A stretch of DNA of 64,000 bases from a virus, in IMG/VR virus record IMGVR_UViG_3300029374_000334, positions 3,965-67,964 of that record; one strand, written 5' to 3'. Positions 1 to 9,994 of this stretch are shown in pieces. Positions within the stretch are counted from its first letter, which is position 1; each line of letters begins with the position of its first letter. The notes under the pieces were generated by a model, which searched no databases, was not told where the DNA came from, and saw only the letters and a program-made list of their open reading frames with translations. The position numbers and the translations under genes are program-made.

Positions 1-34
1 AAAGGTATTTACCGCGACATTCCCTGATAATGAA

Positions 35-517
35 TTGGTAACGCGCAAACTCGATGACTTCGAGAAGCAAAACATTCGTGAAGAATATTGCACCCTCGAA
101 GAAAACGATGTACCAAAACGCAAACTCGAATTAGAGATTGCTATAGAAAGGGCAAAGAAAATGAAAAAGGATGCTGAGGAAGCATATGCCTCAGTACTCA
201 TGGAAGTTGCCAAATATGCCGCTGAGGTAAAACTTGGTACAACCGATGTTAGACTTAAGGCTAAAGACACATTCTGTATCGCCTTAGCAGGGTATTATCT
301 TGTTTACTCCTGGGACAATACAAAAGAATGTTTCGTGTTAGCGAAGGCTTATGAAATACCGGATAGAACAGAACTTTGGGCAAACGAAGAAAAAAACAGG
401 AAAGCCATGAAGGAGTTGTTCGGGTTAGACTTCCCTGAGATGGAGCTAACATCAGATATCTCTCGAGAAGAAAATATTGACAATACGGAAGATGATGACT
501 TGCCATTTGGAGAATAA
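35..517 (+). CDS. hypothetical protein with acidic C-terminus
   Basis: 160-aa ORF; its stop overlaps the start of the downstream helicase (ATG at 517); no recognisable motif. Confidence 0.5.
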   Translation: MVTRKLDDFEKQNIREEYCTLEENDVPKRKLELEIAIERAKKMKKDAEEAYASVLMEVAKYAAEVKLGTTDVRLKAKDTFCIALAGYYLVYSWDNTKECFVLAKAYEIPDRTELWANEEKNRKAMKELFGLDFPEMELTSDISREENIDNTEDDDLPFGE

Positions 518-1686
518 TGTACAATCTAAGGTATTATCAAAAGGAAGCGAGTGATGCGGCCGTTAAGCTATTCACTGGTAAGACAGACAAGAATGGTTTA
601 ATTGTTATACCAACTGGTGGTGGTAAGTCCCTCATTCTTGCTGATATTGCCTCTCGGCTGGAAGGGCCATTGTTGGTATTCCAGCCGAGCAAGGAGATAT
701 TGCAGCAGAATTTCGCGAAGTTGCAAAGTTATGGTATAGTAGATTGTGGATGCTATAGCGCCTCTGTTGGATGCAAAGACATCAATAGAATAACGTTTGC
801 AACCATAGGTAGCGTTATGAATCACATGAGGGATTTTGATTGCTTTAGGAATATCATCATTGACGAAGCGCACTTTGTCAATTCTAAGGCTGGACAATAC
901 AAACAGTTCATAGAAGCTAAAAGCCGGCAGGTGGTTGGTCTTACGGCTACACCTTACAGGCTTGATAAGTGCATAGGAGGTTCTATGTTGAAATTCCTTA
1001 CACGTACTCGCCCGAGAATATTTTCCAAGGTTATATACTGTTGTCAAATAGGCGAGCTTTTGTCAAAGGGGTTTCTATCTGCATTGAGTTATTACGATTT
1101 AACGTCTATAGATCTTAGACGAGTTAGAAGTAATTCCACCGGTGCAGACTATGAAGAAAAAAGCCTCATCGCAGAGTATGAGAGAAGCGGGTTCTACGAT
1201 AAATTATCGGACACTGTGGTAAAGGTGATGCACCCCAAAAGCGGAATACCTCGCAAAGGCATATTGGTATTTACCGCATTCAGAAAAGAATCCGATAGCC
1301 TTGTTCGAAAACTTAGGGCACTTGGAGTTGATGCTGCAATAGTCACATGTGATACACCAAAGAAAGAACGTGAGGATATTCTCAGCAAGTTCAAGCGAGG
1401 CGACATAAAGGTTGTCAGTAATTGTGGGACACTTACTACAGGATTTGACTATCCTGAGTTAGATACTATAATTTTGGCCAGACCAACAAAATCTTTAGCT
1501 CTTTACTATCAGATGGTCGGGCGCGCAATAAGACCGTCACATGGTAAGGAAGGTTGGATTGTAGATCTCGCCGGTAATTACAGGCGTTTCGGGAATGTGG
1601 CAGACCTATATATTGCAAGACCACCTGGAACAACTAAATGGGATGTGTATTCACGGGGAAGACAACTAACAAGTACAATTATATGA
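517..1686 (+). CDS. superfamily-2 DEAD/DEAH-box helicase
   Basis: Walker A PTGGGKS, DEAH box IIDEAH, motif III GLTATP, helicase C-terminal motifs (TTGFDYPELD, YYQMVGRAIRP). Confidence 0.85.
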   Translation: MYNLRYYQKEASDAAVKLFTGKTDKNGLIVIPTGGGKSLILADIASRLEGPLLVFQPSKEILQQNFAKLQSYGIVDCGCYSASVGCKDINRITFATIGSVMNHMRDFDCFRNIIIDEAHFVNSKAGQYKQFIEAKSRQVVGLTATPYRLDKCIGGSMLKFLTRTRPRIFSKVIYCCQIGELLSKGFLSALSYYDLTSIDLRRVRSNSTGADYEEKSLIAEYERSGFYDKLSDTVVKVMHPKSGIPRKGILVFTAFRKESDSLVRKLRALGVDAAIVTCDTPKKEREDILSKFKRGDIKVVSNCGTLTTGFDYPELDTIILARPTKSLALYYQMVGRAIRPSHGKEGWIVDLAGNYRRFGNVADLYIARPPGTTKWDVYSRGRQLTSTII

Positions 1687-1782
1687 GAATCAAGTACAAT
1701 ACATACGAATCAATTCTAGGTGTCGATTATATCACACCTTGTCCACACAGTCAGGAAGGGAAATATACACATGAAACGATAA

Positions 1783-2331
1783 ATGTCGGAAGTCGGGCAT
1801 GTTGTAGATGTCCTTACTATATTAGTAAAGAAACAGATAGTGTCAATTGTAAATTTAAAGAGAAAAATGTTTCCGTTTTACCGAAAGAAAAAAACGCAAT
1901 CTTCGTCTTCAAAAAAGAGAGGTGGTAGTGCCGACTTGATAAAAAGACTTGATAAGGTGTTTGCTTGCTACATTCGCCTTAGAGATATTATGCCTAACGG
2001 CATGGGGAAATGCATTAGTTGTGGAAGAATAAAGCCATACAGAGAAATAGATTGCGGTCATTTCTTTGGTCGTACAAATATGGCAACACGCTTCGATGAA
2101 GACAATTGCAATGGAGAGTGTAGAGGGTGTAATAGAGCTTCATCAGACCACCTGATCTTTTATCAAGAGAATCTCATTAAGAAGATTGGCGTGGCACGTT
2201 TCTCGTCACTGAGAGAGAAAGCCCGTTCGACAAAGAAATGGGAGGCCGATGAACTGCAGAAGCTGATTGAATATTACAAAAAAGAAGTAAAAAGATTAAG
2301 CTACGAAAAAGGAATTCACGTGTCAGTGTAA
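1783..2331 (+). CDS. NinG/Rap-like or HNH-type zinc-finger nuclease; true start probably internal (M near 1966)
   Basis: Cys/His cluster CISCG...DCGHFFGR...CNGECRGCNRASSDH typical of NinG/HNH-like phage recombination nucleases; N-terminal part of ORF is low-complexity. Confidence 0.45.
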   Translation: MSEVGHVVDVLTILVKKQIVSIVNLKRKMFPFYRKKKTQSSSSKKRGGSADLIKRLDKVFACYIRLRDIMPNGMGKCISCGRIKPYREIDCGHFFGRTNMATRFDEDNCNGECRGCNRASSDHLIFYQENLIKKIGVARFSSLREKARSTKKWEADELQKLIEYYKKEVKRLSYEKGIHVSV

Positions 2332-2757
2332 CAATAAAAGCCCGGCGTTTCACAACGTCGAGCTTCTTAACCAATTAAATTCACTAAAGATTTAATGAAT
2401 TATGGATGCAAATTTAAATAAAAATTTTGAATATGGCAAATGTTATCAACATGAACACTTTCAAAAGAAACACTTGCATGAAAAATATATAACTCTACTA
2501 CTACCGCAAAAATACAAAAAATAATCAACTTATGCAAATATATCAATCTTTAAATGTGGATATTTTAGTATATTTAACCATAAAAATTGTTCTGTTTGCT
2601 CAAAAATTCATAACTTTGCCTATAGAAAAATGTATAACAATATAAAATACGATAAAGATGGTTTACATTATTAATACATATAAAAAATCTAATTCAGGAT
2701 TAAAAACACATTCTGAATCATACGAGTATCGCGTTCAACCATAAGAACTTATAAATT

Positions 2758-3678
2758 ATGAAAAAGGTTGATTACTCTAAATTGCTTTGTTCTTTTTGGG
2801 AAAAGAGGATAGTTTGCGCGCTGACAAGTTGCGAAGCAGATTTCTATTACTATTTGCTGAAACAATGCGACTTGGGTAACTGGGCAAACCCATTCAAATT
2901 GCCGACGAAGAAGTGCGAGTTAGAACTTGACTTCAGTAGAAAGACAATTAGTAGTGTTAGAAACTCTTTACATCAGAAAGGATTTATAAATTTCAAAGCG
3001 AGCAAGGTAAGAGGAGAAGTGGCGGAATATGAAATAGTCGGACTTGCAGCGTTTCTTGTGGAAACACAAACGGAAACGCAAAGTGGTACACAAACGGAAA
3101 CGCAAAGTGGTACACAAACGGAAACGCAAAGTGGTACACAAACGGAAACGCAAAGTGGTACACAAACGGAAAGAAAAAAAGAAGACATTCCCCCCATACC
3201 CCCTATAGAAGAAAAAAAGAAAGAAGTGTCTTATCAGACGGATAGCGGTCGTTCGACCGCTGGGACTTTGCATCAGCGGTGTCGTAAGTTTTTCGAAGTG
3301 TATGTATCCGAACGATACCCCGAAGAATATTACTGGACGGCAAAAGATGCTGGGCAACTAAAGGTTCTACTAAATGCCATCCGTTTCACTCGTAAAAGTC
3401 ACAAAGCGGCAGACGGTCACGCCGACCCGCGTCCGACCGACGACGATAATATGTTTAGTGCATTCAAGGCTTTTGTAGAGTATGCTTACAATAAAGGCGA
3501 CACATGGTTACTTGGAAATTTTACCATACCAAACCTAAGTTCACGATACAACTCATTGCGTCAAACAACAAACAGAATAGAAACAAATGGAACACACCGA
3601 AGAAAAGAATCAGGCGTACCAACCTACGCAAGCAAGGACGAATATGACAAGGGGTTTGCGACTCCCGCTAAGCGATAG
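2758..3678 (+). CDS. phage replication initiator-like protein with internal TQTETQSG tandem repeats
   Basis: Sits upstream of DnaC/DnaB homologues; contains about 4.5 in-frame 24-bp direct repeats (iteron-like) as in lambda O-type initiators. Confidence 0.5.
   Translation: MKKVDYSKLLCSFWEKRIVCALTSCEADFYYYLLKQCDLGNWANPFKLPTKKCELELDFSRKTISSVRNSLHQKGFINFKASKVRGEVAEYEIVGLAAFLVETQTETQSGTQTETQSGTQTETQSGTQTETQSGTQTERKKEDIPPIPPIEEKKKEVSYQTDSGRSTAGTLHQRCRKFFEVYVSERYPEEYYWTAKDAGQLKVLLNAIRFTRKSHKAADGHADPRPTDDDNMFSAFKAFVEYAYNKGDTWLLGNFTIPNLSSRYNSLRQTTNRIETNGTHRRKESGVPTYASKDEYDKGFATPAKR
3064..3172 (+). repeat. about 4.5 tandem copies of a 24-bp unit (acacaaacggaaacgcaaagtggt), candidate origin iterons inside the rep gene
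   Basis: Perfect direct repeats visible in the sequence; in-frame, giving a TQTETQSG x4-5 peptide repeat. Confidence 0.8.
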
Positions 3679-4246
3679 AGAAGCAAAGAACTTGATTTAT
3701 GGCTTCTATAAAAGAGAAGTCGAAGTAAGAAAACGTGTCTTTCAGTTTACGAAAGAGTTGCGGAACAATATTTCCCGTATTGGCGATTTTCTTACTGTTG
3801 AAGACAACTTCTATGGGCTCTTTATCCCCGGTACTGTCGGTAACGGCAAAACCACTATGATGAGAGCCATAAAGGATTTGCTTGTATATCTAATAGACAA
3901 AGAAAAAATAAGCTATTGCGAGGGAGACAAATATCCAACTTTTATTACTGCAAGAGAGTTGGCAGAGCTGTCATGTGATAGAAGTGCTTTCAGAATCGTT
4001 AAGAACACGAAATATTTGTTCATTGATGACTTAGGAGCAGAGCCAGTAGAAATCTCCAATTATGGAAATTTTATATACCCCTACATTGACGTACTTGAGT
4101 ACAGATATGATAGGTTACTACCAACTTTCATCTCTTCCAATTTCAGTGCAAGCGACTTGGGTAATAAGTATGAGAGTGAGCGTGTGACAGATAGAATGAA
4201 GGAAATGTTTCAAATTATTAGCTTTAAGGAGGAGTCGTTCAGATGA
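3587..4246 (+). CDS. DnaC/IstB-like AAA+ helicase loader (start could be 3644)
   Basis: Walker A GTVGNGKTT, Walker B LFIDDLG; immediately precedes DnaB. Confidence 0.75.
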   Translation: MEHTEEKNQAYQPTQARTNMTRGLRLPLSDREAKNLIYGFYKREVEVRKRVFQFTKELRNNISRIGDFLTVEDNFYGLFIPGTVGNGKTTMMRAIKDLLVYLIDKEKISYCEGDKYPTFITARELAELSCDRSAFRIVKNTKYLFIDDLGAEPVEISNYGNFIYPYIDVLEYRYDRLLPTFISSNFSASDLGNKYESERVTDRMKEMFQIISFKEESFR

Positions 4247-5640
4247 GCACAGATACAAAAAATGTCCCACTAATAAATGATATTGGGGAAGAGAAGTTTG
4301 TAATAGGCTGCTTGCTTATGGATCAGACAGCATACACAATTGCGAGTCAGCATTTGACTGACGACTGTTTTTACGACAGCACATGTAAGAGCATCTGGAA
4401 GGCCATAGACATGATGGGCAAAAATGGCATCCCAATAGACCTAATTACGGTTTCAGCCGAATTGGCGAAGAAAAAAGAGCGGATTTCGGCGATAGACCTT
4501 GTAAACATCACGTCTATGGTTGCATCTACCGCAGGAATGGAATATCATATTATACGCCTCGTTGATTTAAGCAGGAGACGCAAGATGTGGCTGATAGGAC
4601 AAAAACTATCAAACGTTGGGCTTTCAGAAGAAACACCCATAGCAGATGCACATCAGCAAGCAATAGATGGCATAAACGGTGTTTTTGAGCAAGCGGAAGG
4701 TGTCTTTACGCTTGAAGATTCCATGAAGTGTTTGAATAGCATTATCAGCTTGAACATGAAGCATGGCGGTGTTACTACTGGCACTAAGACTGGATTCGCA
4801 CCATTTGATGCAAAGGGTGGACTGCAGAAATCGGATTTGATAATCATAGCCGGCGAGACTTCAATGGGAAAGAGTTCACTCGCGTTGACAATAACAAGAC
4901 ATGCGATAGAGACAAACGAAAAGGTCGCGTTCTATTCCATGGAGATGACCAAGGAACAATTGGCAGCTCGAATGATTTCGGCAAAAACAAATATACCTGC
5001 AAATACAATACTTTACTCAGGAAATATGTCTTCAGAAGAAATAAAGATGATAGACGAAGCACGGGGTGCACTTCCTGGAAAGAACCTTTTCTTCGACGAT
5101 AAGAGCACATCAAACATAGACTCCATTTTATTATCAATAAGAATGATGAAAATGAAATCTGACATAGGCGGAGCTGTTGTCGATTATCTTCAAATACTCA
5201 ACGTAAATTCTAAAAACACAAGCTTTAGTCGAGAACAAGCGATGGGCGACGCTGCACGTAGGTTCAAAAACCTAGCAAAAGAACTCGGTATTTGGATAAT
5301 AGCGCTAAGTCAATTATCACGCGATAGTAACAATCCTGAGCCGAACCTAAACCGCCTTAGAGACAGTGGACAGATAGGAGAAGCAGCAGATATAGTGATG
5401 CTCATATACCGACCCGAATATTACAATCGAAGTTATCCTGCCCCATATGACAATCGTGAAGAATATCCAATTGAAGGAACAGCAATGATAGATGTAGCGA
5501 AAGGAAGAAACATTGGAACGTTTAAATTCTTTCTTGGCTTTGACAAAAAGACAACCAATTTCTATATATCTGATTCTTTCTCAAATACGCCGCAGCTAAC
5601 AGACGCAAACGAGCCAATTGAAGAAGACGCACCATTCTGA
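4243..5640 (+). CDS. dnaB: replicative DNA helicase DnaB family
   Basis: DnaB N-terminal domain, Walker A GETSMGKSSLALT, DYLQIL, LSQLSRD, RecA-like C-terminal domain; 465 aa. Confidence 0.9.
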   Translation: MSTDTKNVPLINDIGEEKFVIGCLLMDQTAYTIASQHLTDDCFYDSTCKSIWKAIDMMGKNGIPIDLITVSAELAKKKERISAIDLVNITSMVASTAGMEYHIIRLVDLSRRRKMWLIGQKLSNVGLSEETPIADAHQQAIDGINGVFEQAEGVFTLEDSMKCLNSIISLNMKHGGVTTGTKTGFAPFDAKGGLQKSDLIIIAGETSMGKSSLALTITRHAIETNEKVAFYSMEMTKEQLAARMISAKTNIPANTILYSGNMSSEEIKMIDEARGALPGKNLFFDDKSTSNIDSILLSIRMMKMKSDIGGAVVDYLQILNVNSKNTSFSREQAMGDAARRFKNLAKELGIWIIALSQLSRDSNNPEPNLNRLRDSGQIGEAADIVMLIYRPEYYNRSYPAPYDNREEYPIEGTAMIDVAKGRNIGTFKFFLGFDKKTTNFYISDSFSNTPQLTDANEPIEEDAPF

Positions 5641-5660
5641 TATTCAGCAAGTTACAAGCT

Positions 5661-5808
5661 TCAAATTTAGTATATTTAACTAAATTATCTATTAGTATAT
5701 TTGCATATATGCGAATAAAGTAGTACCTTTGTATATAGATAAGGAACAGGTAGAATTGACTAACAGGACGCTACCTAACAAGTTAAACCAATTAAAACAT
5801 TAAAGATT
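5661..5808 (+). repeat. copy 1 of a ~145-bp promoter/leader direct repeat
   Basis: Near-identical to 15746-15877 and 23756-23903; contains -33 TTTG (5700-5703) and -7 TACCTTTG (5724-5731) with 20-nt spacing; ends exactly at the ATG of the downstream gene. Confidence 0.85.
5700..5731 (+). promoter_or_regulatory. Bacteroidetes-type promoter (-33 TTTG / -7 TACCTTTG)
   Basis: Matches TTTG-N20-TAnnTTTG consensus; identical element in all three repeat copies and at 19173-19204. Confidence 0.6.
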
Positions 5809-6048
5809 ATGAAAGTTATTTTGTACGTTATTGATGAAGACGGGGAAAACCTAAAAGAAGGATTTAAGAATTTTATGGAGGCGAATGCTTATCGCAATGA
5901 GCAAATGAAATTAAACGAAAATTCAGAGTACTTTATCATATTGGAAGAGAGTTCAGATGAAAGTGTTATAAGAGAGATTAATTTAACAGAGCTTTCTGTT
6001 AAACAAGTAAAAGCACTTTTAGGTGATTACGGAATATCATTTGAATAA
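5809..6048 (+). CDS. hypothetical protein
   Basis: 79-aa ORF directly after repeat copy 1. Confidence 0.5.
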   Translation: MKVILYVIDEDGENLKEGFKNFMEANAYRNEQMKLNENSEYFIILEESSDESVIREINLTELSVKQVKALLGDYGISFE

Positions 6049-6069
6049 AAATAAATATAAAATGCTGTT

Positions 6070-6696
6070 ATGAGTGTTAATTATGTATTTGTAAGAAATG
6101 GGAAAAAGTATGCTCGCCCAATATTGTCGGAGCATGAATATCGAGAACTTAGAGATTCTGTAAATAACAAAAAAAATTTATTTTTAGCAAGACAAGGTAA
6201 TGAATGGGCAAAAAGACGGTTGGTACAAATGAATTACTCGGGTTATTTCCCCTATGGTGCCGTGGCAGGGAGTAAATTTCCAAGCAAAGCATTTGGTTTT
6301 GATATTGATGATAAGCTGTCATTTGAGCGTGTTGCGAAAATTCTTCTTTCTTCTCCAGAGAAATACGGGTTATTAATGTTAGAGAGAAGTGTAAGCCAAG
6401 GAGGTCATGCTGTGTTTGAGAGAGAGGAAGGGAAGACGATACTTGAGAACCAAGTAAGAATTGCAAATATGCTACATTGTGAAATGGATTGTCGAACACA
6501 CGATATAAATAGGGTTTACTTTACTACAGCAAACGATGATTTATTGTTTCTTTCCGCTGATTTATTTAAAGATACGTATATGAATGATGTCGTTGAAAAG
6601 GAAATTGCTACATTGTTGCAACGAGAAAAGAATAATGAAGAGGTGTTACCACAAGGGGCACATGGGAATAATAAGCATTTTAAACCATGGGAATAG
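6070..6696 (+). CDS. hypothetical protein
   Basis: 208-aa ORF, no recognisable motif. Confidence 0.5.
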   Translation: MSVNYVFVRNGKKYARPILSEHEYRELRDSVNNKKNLFLARQGNEWAKRRLVQMNYSGYFPYGAVAGSKFPSKAFGFDIDDKLSFERVAKILLSSPEKYGLLMLERSVSQGGHAVFEREEGKTILENQVRIANMLHCEMDCRTHDINRVYFTTANDDLLFLSADLFKDTYMNDVVEKEIATLLQREKNNEEVLPQGAHGNNKHFKPWE

Positions 6697-6784
6697 TCTC
6701 AATATTAGTTTAATAATTAAATATGGTTAAAATGCAATATATAGTATTGCATATAATAGTAATAATCATTAAATTTGCAATCAA

Positions 6785-7630
6785 ATGGCATACGACTACG
6801 ACAAATTACGAGAGTATATTAAGCGATGCAATTGGAATTGGGCGACAACAATGATTGATGTTCCACATGAATACATCGTAAGAAACAAAAGTGCTATATC
6901 GGATGAAGAATTTCAGTATTTTGTAGAAGCTCAACGAGAATATGGAGTACATGAAAGGTGGGGCAAGTATAATCTACAATATATATATATTGACGGATAC
7001 AAATATTGGACGATGGGCTGGCCGCCAGTAGAGACAACAATCATTAACAGACAGAAGGTTTTCAACGAATTTGACTTTCTCGACTGGCCGATCCCAAGAC
7101 TTCATACAAATCAACAAATGGATATGATGGCGAAAACCATTTTGCATGCATTTAAAGACAAGAAAGTTTTTGAGGCAGGTATAGGAAATGGAGATTTTGT
7201 GAAGTTGTCTAAAATCCGACCGGAAATGTACTATGGAGTTGACCCTAGCAAAAAGTCTATAACACAGTTCCGTACTAACGCACTTGGGTTTTACAGAAGA
7301 TGCTCTACAAAATCATTCGAGGAGTCAATCAACAAATGGCTTGCTGCTGATAGCGTCGTAATTTCTCTATTTGGAACAGCATCGTATTTCATGCATCAGT
7401 ATCTAGAGAAACTTGGTAAGAGTGGGATTGATTACTGTTTGATGTTTTATCGAGAGGACTTCGAACCTGAAGAGTTCAAAGATATGCATCACTTTAAGTA
7501 CGACCGGGTACAATTGAAATCGATGTTCCCAGGCTGCAATCTCTACAACCACCAAAAATACATAACAATATCAAACAAAAAGTTAGTTTGGCAGCAACCG
7601 ACAATAGAAAATGAATTATTCTCAGTATGA
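6785..7630 (+). CDS. class I SAM-dependent methyltransferase-like protein
   Basis: Motif I-like VFEAGIGNGDF, motif II YYGVDPS, C-terminal SLFGTASY shared with the next ORF (paralogue). Confidence 0.5.
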   Translation: MAYDYDKLREYIKRCNWNWATTMIDVPHEYIVRNKSAISDEEFQYFVEAQREYGVHERWGKYNLQYIYIDGYKYWTMGWPPVETTIINRQKVFNEFDFLDWPIPRLHTNQQMDMMAKTILHAFKDKKVFEAGIGNGDFVKLSKIRPEMYYGVDPSKKSITQFRTNALGFYRRCSTKSFEESINKWLAADSVVISLFGTASYFMHQYLEKLGKSGIDYCLMFYREDFEPEEFKDMHHFKYDRVQLKSMFPGCNLYNHQKYITISNKKLVWQQPTIENELFSV

Positions 7631-8153
7631 TGACATAGCAGTCAATTATGACAACCTCTTTCGTGATGAAAGTAGTTTAGTCGAGAACCGTGAGGTGGGA
7701 GCGATGCTTCCACCTCTCAATGGTTCTATCTTAGATATTGGTTGTGGAACAGGATTATTAACGGAGGTATACGACATATCCCCACAGGATTATTTGGGCA
7801 TCGATCCAAGCATAGGAATGTTAAGACAGTTCCGCAAGAAGCACCCAGAGTTTGCAGAACGTCTTGTAAACGAACCGTTCACCGGCAAAAACATAGATTG
7901 TAAAAAGTTTGATAATATTGTCGCCATGTTCGGATCTCCGTCATACTTGTCAGGTTACGCCGTAGTAGCTATATCTAAGAGCAATGCTCGCAAGTTCCTG
8001 ATGTTCTACAAAGAAGGTTATCACCCTGTTACATATGAAAGATGCGATGTTGAGTTTTTGCATAATGTGTACTCAAAGAAATCACTTATCCATTTGTTTG
8101 GAGAAAAAAACGTATCAGAATATCACAACTATATAATTGTAAATAGCCAATGA
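7611..8153 (+). CDS. class I SAM-dependent methyltransferase
   Basis: Motif I ILDIGCGTGLLT, motif II LGIDPS, MFGSPSY; overlaps the upstream paralogue. Confidence 0.65.
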   Translation: MNYSQYDDIAVNYDNLFRDESSLVENREVGAMLPPLNGSILDIGCGTGLLTEVYDISPQDYLGIDPSIGMLRQFRKKHPEFAERLVNEPFTGKNIDCKKFDNIVAMFGSPSYLSGYAVVAISKSNARKFLMFYKEGYHPVTYERCDVEFLHNVYSKKSLIHLFGEKNVSEYHNYIIVNSQ

Positions 8154-8806
8154 AACAGAAAGGGTTGCGTTATGATGGCAGTATTGATAAATACCCCATA
8201 ACAGAAGGAGAAGTCTACTGTTTGGGCAATGGGAGTAAAATCACCATTGCGGATATTACGTTAGAGCTTCCTAATTTCTCAGAAAAGGCAGACTGTGTGT
8301 TTATTGACCCTGCGGGAAATAAAGGTGTTCTAAAGGCATACTATACAAAAGCGGAAAAAGAATGCCCAGTCCAAAGCTTTAACGAGTTTGTTACACACAT
8401 AAAAAAATGTATCGAACAAATAAAACCAGACAGGCTTTTTGTAGAGTGCTTTGCTCGTAATAAGACTCAAATTATCAAAATGGTCGAGTCTTTATTTCCA
8501 TGTGTTAAGATCTATAACAGTACATACTATCACAATAAGAAAAATGTGTGCTGGATTGTACAAGGGTCAAATATGGAAGAAGATTGGGGGCTTGATGGAA
8601 TGGACGAATGGGACGCAGTCTTCAAGATTTGTAAGGAAGTGCCATTTAATGCCATAACAGACTTCTTCTTAGGACAAGGACTCGTAGCAGAAGCAGCATA
8701 TGAGGCCCAAAAGGTTTTCTATGGAAGCGACATGAACCGTAACAGACTTGCTGTAGCAATCAGTCGTATTGCAAAACGCGGAGGAGAATGGATTATTAAA
8801 AAATAA
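8150..8806 (+). CDS. putative beta-class N6/N4 DNA methyltransferase-like protein
   Basis: N-terminal VFIDPAG (motif IV-like) followed by C-terminal DFFLGQGLVAEAA...FYGSDMN (motif I-like DPFxGSG order IV->I). Confidence 0.4.
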   Translation: MKQKGLRYDGSIDKYPITEGEVYCLGNGSKITIADITLELPNFSEKADCVFIDPAGNKGVLKAYYTKAEKECPVQSFNEFVTHIKKCIEQIKPDRLFVECFARNKTQIIKMVESLFPCVKIYNSTYYHNKKNVCWIVQGSNMEEDWGLDGMDEWDAVFKICKEVPFNAITDFFLGQGLVAEAAYEAQKVFYGSDMNRNRLAVAISRIAKRGGEWIIKK

Positions 8807-8811
8807 CGCTT

Positions 8812-9546
8812 ATGATAAAGCTTTCACAAATAATTATCCTCAATATTCCAAAGAGGGAGCAAGAGGGTAAGTATCTAAAAAAATTAATCGAGACTAGTGC
8901 GAAACCACTTGGAATAGATGTAAGCATTTCTATGGATAGAGGGTTGGGGTTATGGGATAATTATTCATGTGCACTAACGCAAGAAGTTGCAAAAGGAACA
9001 CACAGAATGATTATTCATGACGATATTTCTTTTGACAGAAACATATTAGAGAAGATACTCTACATTCTTTCTAATGCTCCAGAAAATAATGTTATAAGTT
9101 TTTACAACCCAACGAATAGAGATTACATTGATTGCTTTGATAAAGGCAAACACGTAATTTCGACACGCTCAAATTTTTGGCTTCAAGCGTGTGTATATCC
9201 CAACGACTTTGGGAAAGAGTTCGTAGAGGTTTCTAATAAAATGACAGAAGACCCAGTCTATTATGATGATTCAAGAATGCGAGCTTTTCTTCAGTACAAG
9301 AACACTTGCCTTTATGCAATTGTCCCAGGTTTGGTGCAACACTTTGGTGCATATAGAAGTTCTTTCGGAAACCCCGGGAGGGTGGGCAAATTCAAAAGAT
9401 ACAGCAGTACCTACGATAACCAAATTAAGGTTGAAAAGGTGAATTGGAAAGAAGAATTTCAAAATCCATATTTAGCCAGGTCAACAAAAGACTTTGTTAA
9501 GGAAATAGTAAATAAAGAATTTCTGGATGAATACAAAAAACTCTAA
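8812..9546 (+). CDS. hypothetical protein (weak DxD-like IHDDISFD)
   Basis: 244-aa ORF; no firm assignment. Confidence 0.45.
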   Translation: MIKLSQIIILNIPKREQEGKYLKKLIETSAKPLGIDVSISMDRGLGLWDNYSCALTQEVAKGTHRMIIHDDISFDRNILEKILYILSNAPENNVISFYNPTNRDYIDCFDKGKHVISTRSNFWLQACVYPNDFGKEFVEVSNKMTEDPVYYDDSRMRAFLQYKNTCLYAIVPGLVQHFGAYRSSFGNPGRVGKFKRYSSTYDNQIKVEKVNWKEEFQNPYLARSTKDFVKEIVNKEFLDEYKKL

Positions 9547-9994
9547 AGAAACCCTCGCTTTAAAATTAGCGAAAGATAATATAGAAGTTGAACAAATAAA
9601 GCCTTTGCGCATTGAATATGTCAAAGTTGATGATATCTACCCCAATGACTATAACCCGAACACTCATAATGCAGATAGCTTCGACTTGTTGATAAAATCA
9701 TTGTTGTACTTCGGTTTTACGCAGCCTATAGTTGTCAACAGATCTACAATGCAAATTGTAGATGGAGAGAATCGTTATCGAGCCGCTTGCGTAATAGGTT
9801 ACGCAATGGTACCTGTATGTTTTGTTGAGTTTGACAAAGAAAAACAGAGATATGCAACAATAATGCACAACGCTGCTCGTGGGCATAACAATAGCGAAAT
9901 GATGAGCAAACTTGAGCAATACTTGAATAAGAATTTCGGTAACTCTGTGGATAGGGTATTATTAAAAGATAGAAATTATGAAGATTCAAAGTAA
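9527..9994 (+). CDS. ParB-like nuclease domain protein (IbrB-like)
   Basis: ParB/Srx N-terminal fold signature (PLRIEYVKVDDIYPNDYNPN...VDGENRYRAA). Confidence 0.65.
   Translation: MNTKNSKETLALKLAKDNIEVEQIKPLRIEYVKVDDIYPNDYNPNTHNADSFDLLIKSLLYFGFTQPIVVNRSTMQIVDGENRYRAACVIGYAMVPVCFVEFDKEKQRYATIMHNAARGHNNSEMMSKLEQYLNKNFGNSVDRVLLKDRNYEDSK

Noticed and set aside
3064-3172. Possible CRISPR array (regular 24-bp repeats)
   Set aside because: Repeats are perfectly contiguous with no spacers, in frame inside a coding region, and no cas genes are present. They are tandem iterons, not CRISPR.
2968-3357. Minus-strand ORFs 2968..3357 and 2973..3197 with RFRLCTTL / CVSVCVPL repeats
   Set aside because: They are antisense translations of the 24-bp iterons inside the + strand rep gene. 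The repetition creates stop-free antisense frames.
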